Source: Candidatus Bathyarchaeia archaeon
GTDB lineage: Archaea; Thermoproteota; Bathyarchaeia; Bathyarchaeales; Bathyarchaeaceae
Direction of reading: 5' to 3'
DNA length: 64,000 nt
Assembly: GCA_035283685.1 (NCBI GenBank)
Contig: DATETJ010000002.1
Span: 421,362-485,361 of the forward strand
The notes under the pieces were generated by a model, which saw only the letters and a list, made by a program, of their open reading frames with translations, was not told where the DNA came from and searched no databases. Made by a program: the position numbers and the translations under genes. Every line of letters starts with the position of its first letter. The first letter of the stretch is position 1. Positions 57,711 to 64,000 of this stretch are shown one piece after another.

Positions 57711-57720
57711 TTCTTTTTTC
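57711..57720 (+). terminator. Oligo-T tract; candidate archaeal terminator of the cohesin/dockerin operon
   Basis: The sequence ttcttttttc lies about 25 nt after the stop codon at 57683-57685. Confidence 0.35.
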
Positions 57721-57972
57721 GTTACACGCAGAACAGCAGAGAGCCTTAAACAACCTGAATCTAGCCAGCGCCTCCAAAGCAACACACGCTGGCATCTGCA
57801 CACCCAAACCACACTCCTGCAACACAAGACTTGACGACGACACTACAACGAATACCTAGCCATCAACACGCACACAGCAAAGAAGACCCTGCAACAAAGG
57901 AAGCAGTTGTGGCAAAAGCACGAGCGCCCTTCAACAAGCTCCCACACAGCCACACAGGCGCACTCAAAAAGG

Positions 57973-58017
57973 TCGTTATTATTACGGTTTCTAAGCGGAA
58001 GTTAATAACACCTGAAA
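57973..58017. repeat. Copy 1 of an intergenic repeat of about 45 bp (22-nt exact core ttctaagcggaagttaataaca at 57989-58010)
   Basis: The core is identical to 58290-58311, and the flanks are similar (tcgttattatt.. / ..ctgaaa). The copy contains the GTTATTA/TAATAAC inverted repeat. Confidence 0.8.
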
Positions 58018-58215
58018 CAGAAACCAGCCCCCCACGCCATCCCTTGGCGAAACCATGCCCAAACAGTGACAAAACTTGACACAAGACACCAGGCAAACAG
58101 CGCCCAAAACACCATACAAAGACCCAAACAGACCCCAAAACACAACGCTCAAACCTTGTTGATGACACTAAGAACGATTGGGCATCAACACCCACACAGC
58201 CAGACGCCTACAACA

Positions 58216-58260
58216 TAGAAGTAGTAGTCAACGTACACGCGGCGCAGACTACTACTTCTA
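58216..58260. other. Perfect 14-bp inverted repeat (stem-loop) in non-coding region
   Basis: The arm tagaagtagtagtc (58216-58229) pairs with gactactacttcta (58247-58260). The loop is 17 nt. Confidence 0.8.
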
Positions 58261-58273
58261 AACCTGAAGCACC

Positions 58274-58318
58274 TCGGTATTATTGCTTGTTCTAAGCGGA
58301 AGTTAATAACATCTGAAA
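58274..58318. repeat. Copy 2 of an intergenic repeat of about 45 bp (22-nt exact core at 58290-58311)
   Basis: It has the same 22-nt core and similar flanks as 57973-58017. The cores are 301 bp apart. Confidence 0.8.
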
Positions 58319-58496
58319 AGAAACCCACCTCCAACATCCAAGATGTTGTTGTGGCAAACCCTTCAACGTCAACAACAACTTCAAAACAGCCACAGCCCTT
58401 AACACGTAACATTGAGAGGCGTTAATGCCACCGGGAACAGTCGTATGACGACATCCACGCAGCTTTCAGCCTCTAAACGCATCCGCAACACTGTTA

Positions 58497-58545
58497 GAAG
58501 AAGGTATAAGAGGCTAACCGCCTTCTTCTTTTGAAATTTCTTTTT
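58497..58545 (+). terminator. Hairpin followed by a T-rich tract (intrinsic-terminator-like, + strand)
   Basis: The arm gaagaagg (58497-58504) pairs with ccttcttc (58521-58528). It is followed by ttttgaaatttcttttt. Confidence 0.4.
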
Positions 58546-58592
58546 CCGCAGAGCCACATGCACCCTAACATAGAGGCTCAGCAACAGTCAGT

Positions 58593-58626
58593 TGTTAGTG
58601 TTTCTTAGGCAACGTCAACACTAACA
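58593..58626. other. 10-bp perfect stem-loop just downstream of the minus-strand gene that ends at 58680
   Basis: The arm tgttagtgtt (58593-58602) pairs with aacactaaca (58617-58626). The loop is 14 nt. Confidence 0.7.
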
Positions 58627-58679
58627 TCCACGCAAATGCAACCGCACAAACCGACAATTCATAAAGCTGGAAACTACGC

Positions 58680-59246
58680 TTACTTTCTCTTAACCTTCAT
58701 CGGCTTCCTAGACTTCGCAACCAACCCAAAAATCATGACAACCACACCCAACAAAGCCGCCAACGTTCCCACAACTGAATACGGGGAACCAACACGATTC
58801 TTAGCCACATTCTCCTTCGCATACACATTACTGCCAGGCAAAACATCAACTGGAACCGCGCCCTCATTCACCAAATCCACCTGATACGTACCATTCCCAC
58901 CCACATCCACCCTCTGACCAAAAACCGCTCCAACCTCACTAAAAACGGGAACCAAAGTCTGACTACCCTCCGCATCCCTCTGCACACTCGACACCGACAC
59001 CCTAACAACCCCAGAAAAACTCAAATTCAACTTAAACCACGAACTCCTCGACATAAACCTACCCCAAAACCCCCTGTCCCCAGAACTCCCCGACGCATTC
59101 AACCGCGAAGGCCAAATAGGCCTCACAACAGAACCCCAAACCTCAACCACATTCTCCTCAAAATAAACCTCACGAACCGAATACAACGTCAACGCAACAC
59201 CCACAATAACCAGAACCAAACCTGCAACAACAAATAACCGCCTCAA
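58680..59246 (-). CDS. Hypothetical membrane protein (N- and C-terminal TM helices, extracytoplasmic middle)
   Basis: 188 aa with MRRLFVVAGLVLVIVGVAL at the N-terminus and LLGVVVMIFGLV plus a basic tail at the C-terminus. Codon usage is GT-rich. Confidence 0.45.
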   Translation of the reverse strand: MRRLFVVAGLVLVIVGVALTLYSVREVYFEENVVEVWGSVVRPIWPSRLNASGSSGDRGFWGRFMSRSSWFKLNLSFSGVVRVSVSSVQRDAEGSQTLVPVFSEVGAVFGQRVDVGGNGTYQVDLVNEGAVPVDVLPGSNVYAKENVAKNRVGSPYSVVGTLAALLGVVVMIFGLVAKSRKPMKVKRK

Positions 59247-59261
59247 CCCAACCGCCTCATC

Positions 59262-59759
59262 CTAACTCTGCTTCACAACCGCCGAACCCCTAAGCTCAAC
59301 CACTTGCTTATCAACATACTCCCAGAACAAACTTTCAAACTCGCTCATCGCCTCTTGCAGCCTCACATCCCTCAAAAAAAGCCCTCCCCCACCAAAAACC
59401 GAACCAACATAACCCAAAACCATCCCCAACGAAAACCCACTAGTCTTCCTCCCAGGCACAAACTCCACCTTAAAAAACTCCGGACTACCAAAAACCCTCA
59501 CATTAACCCGGAAATGAACATTCACCGCCTCTATTTTGAAACCCGAGCCAAAACGCTCCAACTTAGTCTCAAACTTGTTGTCAACGAAAAAACGCTCTAC
59601 ACCCTCACTGAACAACCGGAGATCCACATTCTGATCAGACCACTCATCTTTCACAGTTTCAATCCCTACATAACCAGAAAGCAGAAACGATGTTTTAAAA
59701 CCTTTTTGACGCCGACCAACGTCACTTAGACTTCCTCCGCTTCCGCCAAAAAACAACAA
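59262..59759 (-). CDS. Hypothetical protein
   Basis: 165-aa ORF whose 5' end overlaps the upstream gene by 38 nt, so the start is uncertain. No family recognised. Confidence 0.4.
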   Translation of the reverse strand: MLFFGGSGGSLSDVGRRQKGFKTSFLLSGYVGIETVKDEWSDQNVDLRLFSEGVERFFVDNKFETKLERFGSGFKIEAVNVHFRVNVRVFGSPEFFKVEFVPGRKTSGFSLGMVLGYVGSVFGGGGLFLRDVRLQEAMSEFESLFWEYVDKQVVELRGSAVVKQS

Positions 59760-61716
59760 TCACAACAAAAGCCACAGCCGCTACAACCACAATCACCAGA
59801 CCAGTAAGCCACACATCCAAAAACCTAGGCGACACAACCACATCTCGCTGACTCTGACCACTCCAATAACCATCCTTAGACGCATTCACCACTAGCTCAA
59901 CAACCTGCCGCTCAGCGATCGAGGGCACCGTGAACTTCACCTGAAAACTCCCCTCCAAATCAGTTACACCCCTCTGCAGAGAGAAAACCCCAGACGCATT
60001 AGAAAAAAACGTAATATTAACTCCAGCAACCGCACTCAAACCATCAGTAACATAAACGTCAATAATCAACTCGCCACCCACACTCACACTCGGAGCATTA
60101 AGAACCATCGCGACAACCAAAGTTGGCAACGCCCTCAAAACCAGAGAGGCATTACTGCCACTCCCAAACCCTAAATCATCAATCACACTCAAAAACACCG
60201 TGAAATTGCCAGGCAACACATACGCATGAATCACGGTGGGCTCAAAAACCCAGCCACTGTCAGAACCGTCGCCAAAATCAAAAAAATAACGCTCAATTCG
60301 CCCATCATCACCTGACTTGGACGCATTAAAAGTAACCGCTTCGTTAACAGCCAACAAACTCTTATCCGCTTCCAACAATGCAAAGGGTCGCTCATTAGCC
60401 ACTGCACTCAAGAGAAACGGCGTGAAATCCAAATCCACGCCATTGCCGTCCACAGGATTCCCCTTTCCACCAGGGTTTAGAGCTGGGTGATATGGACCGC
60501 TGGCGTCACCCCAGAAATTGAACTCCGCATTCACAACAGCCTCGTCAGTAACGTTCATCCCGTAAACATTGCCATAAATGTCGTTCATGCCAGCAACATT
60601 ATACGTGTCACCAGTAACATTGACCCCGTAACCATTGTACGAAATCGAATTCCCTGCAATCTTGGTTTTAACCCCCTCCTCAACAGGTCTCGACCGTCCT
60701 CCAGAAATAAAAATCCCAAAACCCACATTCTCAGAAATGACGTTCTCAGACACCAGCACATCAAACTCAGAACTCACATGGTGGAAATTTGCGTAAACAT
60801 AAAGCCCAGCTTGGTTGAAAACCACTCGATTACCTAAAACAGATGCATTGTAAATGGAGCCAAACCACGGTCCACCGCTGTACAAGTAGATCCCATCAAA
60901 ATTGTAAGCCACAGTATTGTTCGAGATCACGACATTCAGAATTCGACTTATGTCATAATCAAAGAAGCCCGCCCAAATGAAAAAGTACAAACCCCGCCCA
61001 TTGTGAACAACATTGTTGCCAATGATCGCCACATCTGAAATAGTTGCACCTCGCGTGGCCCACGCCTCAAGACGAATCCCATTCTCATTATGCTGAATTA
61101 CACTATCGACGATGCTTAGACCCGAGACGATGTCACCGCTACTTGACACACCGTTTCCATTGATTTCGATCAGCGAATCTCTTATGTTAACATGATTTCT
61201 GCCTTCGACATGGACGCCGCTGATCAGACAGTGGGCGATTTTGGAGCTTTCGATTTCAGCTGTTCCCAGACTTTGCACAGTAATCCCGTACCGGGCATAT
61301 TCCACGACTGCGTTTCTCATTTGAAATCGCTCGTTTTGTGTGCCGTTGAATTTTATTGTGCCCCAGTCTCCTGGCGTCGGTTGAGGCTTGCCTGACGTGA
61401 AAACTATAGAGCTGGTCTCGGTTCCGAGGGCTTGCAGACTTCCGCTCACTATCAGAGAGTAGTTGCCTTGAAACTTGATTTCAACCCCGGGTTCGATCGT
61501 GAGTGTGGCACCGCCCTCTACGAGGATGTCGCTTGTGATTATGTAAGGGCTGCCAGAAACCGTCCACGTAGTGTTTTGGGATATTTGAGCTCCAATCAAA
61601 CCTGAGCTCAGGCCAGCTGCATTCATGAATAGGGGTACGCCGGCAAGAGAGCTGAAGAGCAACGCAGCCTGCAAGATTAACAAAACTGGTTTCATGACTT
61701 TGCTTGGAATCGACAT
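59722..61716 (-). CDS. Surface protein: parallel beta-helix (PbH1/NosD-like) + PKD + Ig-like + C-terminal TM anchor
   Basis: 664 aa with a signal peptide and beta-helix repeats (VISNNTVAYN, VLGNRVVFNQ, ISENVISEN). The PKD motif is FNASKSGDDGRIERYFFDFGDGS. A C-terminal TM helix plus WRKRRKSK follows. Confidence 0.75.
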   Translation of the reverse strand: MSIPSKVMKPVLLILQAALLFSSLAGVPLFMNAAGLSSGLIGAQISQNTTWTVSGSPYIITSDILVEGGATLTIEPGVEIKFQGNYSLIVSGSLQALGTETSSIVFTSGKPQPTPGDWGTIKFNGTQNERFQMRNAVVEYARYGITVQSLGTAEIESSKIAHCLISGVHVEGRNHVNIRDSLIEINGNGVSSSGDIVSGLSIVDSVIQHNENGIRLEAWATRGATISDVAIIGNNVVHNGRGLYFFIWAGFFDYDISRILNVVISNNTVAYNFDGIYLYSGGPWFGSIYNASVLGNRVVFNQAGLYVYANFHHVSSEFDVLVSENVISENVGFGIFISGGRSRPVEEGVKTKIAGNSISYNGYGVNVTGDTYNVAGMNDIYGNVYGMNVTDEAVVNAEFNFWGDASGPYHPALNPGGKGNPVDGNGVDLDFTPFLLSAVANERPFALLEADKSLLAVNEAVTFNASKSGDDGRIERYFFDFGDGSDSGWVFEPTVIHAYVLPGNFTVFLSVIDDLGFGSGSNASLVLRALPTLVVAMVLNAPSVSVGGELIIDVYVTDGLSAVAGVNITFFSNASGVFSLQRGVTDLEGSFQVKFTVPSIAERQVVELVVNASKDGYWSGQSQRDVVVSPRFLDVWLTGLVIVVVAAVAFVVIVVFWRKRRKSK

Positions 61717-61872
61717 TGGTCAGCCTTCAGCCTACCATAATTCACTGTGGATTCCGCGGGTATTATTCTTAGCGACGCAAGAGATCGTCATCGCTAGGCT
61801 GGCTTCCGATGGCTGTTTATAGATTTGTTTAAATGGTTTCTCTCGAAAGCAATATTTTTGGAGGTTGCAACA

Positions 61873-63372
61873 GTGAAGAGGTTGCCGATTCTTGTTGTTA
61901 ATCTGCTGATTCTGGTTTGTGTTCTTCCCTCGGTGTTTGTGAAAGCTGCGGCTGATGGCACGTTTAGTGGTCCAATGGACGTGGCTCAGGTTGCGCCAAA
62001 TCCGGTTGTCGAGACCAACTCGACTAGTTTGATAGTTTTGGTTCTTGTGAATTCTACAATTTATGGTGGTGTTGAGGCGTCGTTGATGCGGTACAGGGCG
62101 GATTTGGTTGGCTTCGGTTTTGAGGATGTTAAGGTTTTGAACTGGTCAGAGCCGAATCCTGCTCTTATCCGGGGGACTTTGCAGGATTTCTATTTGAATA
62201 GTAGCTTGGCTGGGGTGCTTTTGGTTGGCGATTTGCCCGCTGCTGAGTATGAGATGTTCACTGAGTGGGATTATGAAAGGTTTCCAATGGATTTGTATTA
62301 CATGGACCTAGACGGCAACTGGACCGACAGCGACAGAGATGGCATATTAGATACGCATTCCGGGAGGAAAGTGGCGCCTGAGATTTGGGTTGGCAGAATA
62401 AAGGCTTCGAACTTAGGGGAGGACGAGGTTTCGTTGGTGAACAACTATTTTGCTAGGAATCATCAGTACCGGTCAGGTTTGCTTTCGGTTCCAAAGAGAG
62501 CGTTGATGTACATTGACGATGACTGGGCTGATTACGCGACCATGGATAGTTACTCTCTGGGTCTGTTGTACGATAACGTCACTGAGGTTTTTGATAAGCG
62601 AACTACCAGTGTGGCTGATTTCAAGGAGCGACTGAATCAAGGTTACGAGTGGATTCATTTGCGCGCTCACGGCGATTGGAAGCAGACTGGTTTTTTGGTG
62701 CCCGGCGAAAGTGGTGGTCTGATTTATTCAACCGAATATAAGGCTCTTAATCCTCAGGCATTGTTTTATCAGCTGTTTGTGTGTTACGCCGCTAGGTTCA
62801 CTGAGCCGAACTATCTCGCGGGTGAGATTGTGTTCAACACGGATTCTGCATTGATGGCTATTAGCTCTACGAAGCTTGGCGGCATGTTGATGTATTGGAC
62901 TTTTTATGAAGCTTTAGCGAACGGCAAAACTGTTGGCGACGCTTTCAAAGAATGGTTTGTCAAGTGGGGAGAAGGGAAACTTTCGATTTCTAGTAATTGG
63001 ATTGGCAGAAAATGGTTCTATGGATTAACTGTTATTGGTGATCCGACGCTTAGGCTGCGTTGGCTTGGGGAGAAGGAAATTGCAGATTTGCAGAGAAGGG
63101 AGGAGGAGGTTATTGACGATTTGCCGCTTGTTCAAGGGCTGTTTGAGCAGATTGAGAATTCGGAGTCAAGTTACGATTCGTTGAACGCGCAGTATAATAA
63201 TTTGAAGGATTCTCATTTGGCTTTGCGTTTGACTTATGACGGAGTAATCGTTCAGTTGGGTGATATTCGTGATTTGGTGTATTTCTTTCTGTTAGTCGTT
63301 GGCGGGCTTGCGGTTTCCAATGTGTATTTGGTTAGGACGAGGCCTAAACCTAAGAGGTTAAATTTGGATTAG
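61873..63372 (+). CDS. Gingipain-like (peptidase C25 / clan CD) cysteine peptidase homologue with C-terminal coiled-coil and TM anchor
   Basis: GGAGGT precedes the GTG at 61873 (the track ORF starts at 61825). The C25-like landmarks are LLVGDLPAAEY, DLYYMDLDGNW, EIWVGRI, WIHLRAHGDW (His-Gly), LFVCYAARF (Cys) and VIGDPTLRL. Confidence 0.6.
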   Translation: MKRLPILVVNLLILVCVLPSVFVKAAADGTFSGPMDVAQVAPNPVVETNSTSLIVLVLVNSTIYGGVEASLMRYRADLVGFGFEDVKVLNWSEPNPALIRGTLQDFYLNSSLAGVLLVGDLPAAEYEMFTEWDYERFPMDLYYMDLDGNWTDSDRDGILDTHSGRKVAPEIWVGRIKASNLGEDEVSLVNNYFARNHQYRSGLLSVPKRALMYIDDDWADYATMDSYSLGLLYDNVTEVFDKRTTSVADFKERLNQGYEWIHLRAHGDWKQTGFLVPGESGGLIYSTEYKALNPQALFYQLFVCYAARFTEPNYLAGEIVFNTDSALMAISSTKLGGMLMYWTFYEALANGKTVGDAFKEWFVKWGEGKLSISSNWIGRKWFYGLTVIGDPTLRLRWLGEKEIADLQRREEEVIDDLPLVQGLFEQIENSESSYDSLNAQYNNLKDSHLALRLTYDGVIVQLGDIRDLVYFFLLVVGGLAVSNVYLVRTRPKPKRLNLD

Positions 63373-63417
63373 TGCATGTGTCTTCGGTTTGGTGGGTGGG
63401 AGATTGGTGTGGGTTTC

Positions 63418-64000
63418 ATGAGTTGCAGAGCTGTTCGCTTGACCCTTGTGCTGTGTCTTGGTTTGTCTATGGCGTTTGCTGGTTTCCTGACTAGTTTCGT
63501 TGTTGCTGAACCTGTTGAGCGTGTTGTTGGGGTTCAGGTTGGAGCTTGGGTTAAGTATGGGGGTTTTTTGGCTTTGTGGGATTCTGAGAATCCTGCGGCT
63601 TATCCGACGTTGGATATTTTGGATATTAACAATACTCTTTCGGTTGTTAATACTGTGCTTAATGTTTCTGGGTCTGCGGTGACTTTTGATGTTTCGACTC
63701 GTTATAGGAATGGTAGTGTTGTTTCCAGTGTGGTGGAGGTTGATGTGCGGACTGGTGTGGGTGAGGGTAATTTGACTTTTGTGTCTGCTGGGCTTGTTGC
63801 TGATGACAGGGTTTATACGTCCGGTGAGTTGGCGGTAGCGCGTGTTAATTCAACTATGCTTAGTGGGTTTGCTGGGGTTTTTAGGGAGACGAATTTGTTG
63901 AATGTGACTCAGACGTCTATTGGGCTTGAGAGTTCGTCGGCGTATTGGGCTGAGTATTTTTGGGATAGGTTGACGGGTGTTTTGGTTAGGCAGTTTTGGA
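63418..64000 (+). CDS. Secreted hypothetical protein (partial; continues past window end)
   Basis: It is truncated by the window edge and absent from the track. The frame is open from the ATG at 63418 to 64000. The translation reads MSCRAVRLTLVLCLGLSMAFAGFLTSFVVAEP... (signal peptide), then a V/G/N-rich beta-type sequence with N-x-S/T sequons. Confidence 0.55.
   Translation, partial: MSCRAVRLTLVLCLGLSMAFAGFLTSFVVAEPVERVVGVQVGAWVKYGGFLALWDSENPAAYPTLDILDINNTLSVVNTVLNVSGSAVTFDVSTRYRNGSVVSSVVEVDVRTGVGEGNLTFVSAGLVADDRVYTSGELAVARVNSTMLSGFAGVFRETNLLNVTQTSIGLESSSAYWAEYFWDRLTGVLVRQFW

Noticed and set aside
58159-58267. C/D-box sRNA suggested by TGATGA at 58161-58166 and CTGA at 58264-58267
   Set aside because: The boxes are about 100 nt apart, too far for typical archaeal C/D sRNAs. 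The TGATGA also forms part of a local hairpin arm.
57989-58311. CRISPR-like repeat
   Set aside because: There are only two copies of the 22-nt core, 301 bp apart. There is no regular repeat-spacer array, and I recognise no cas genes in the window.
57863-58584. Three consecutive minus-strand ORFs (110, 75 and 61 aa) in the 1-kb gap
   Set aside because: They lie in different frames and are low-complexity (V/F/L/C/G-rich). Their shared VINFRLE..II and VWLCG strings simply mirror the DNA repeats. A decayed pseudogene cannot be excluded.

Overview
The window looks like an archaeal chromosome fragment, probably from a TACK/Bathyarchaeia-like lineage. Supporting markers are a family B DNA polymerase, Cbf5, EndoQ, a multi-intron tRNA, tungsten-type AOR enzymes with tandem MoeA genes, a Mer-like F420 oxidoreductase and SHMT. 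Positions 1 to about 28.5 kb hold mostly housekeeping and metabolic genes. These include polB (partial), a NOL1/NOP2/Sun methyltransferase, agmatinase, two MoeA genes, an endonuclease IV-like gene, an S8 protease, tRNA, cbf5, proC, a multicopper oxidase, an Lrp-type regulator, two divergent AOR genes, DedA and EndoQ. The remainder is dominated by secreted and surface proteins. The most interesting part is a seven-gene operon at 44787-57685. It is divergent from an oppBCDF-type ABC importer at 40099-44565. Every product in the operon carries cohesin-like and/or dockerin-like modules, and a distal membrane-anchored protein with two cohesins lies at 28593-31391. The dockerin-bearing proteins are a family-5 ABC substrate-binding protein, a BNR/Asp-box propeller and two proteins that also carry a cohesin (possible adaptors). 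Three cohesin proteins end in a TM anchor. I read this as a candidate cellulosome-like but non-cellulolytic surface assembly linked to substrate uptake. Downstream, 57.7-58.7 kb is an unusual 1-kb non-coding stretch, A/C-rich on the + strand, with repeats and many hairpins. It is followed by a compositionally distinct block of surface-protein genes (beta-helix/PKD, C25-like peptidase). All calls rest on reading the supplied translations and sequence by eye. No HMM, BLAST or folding was run, so family assignments are motif-level inferences and the start codons are best guesses.
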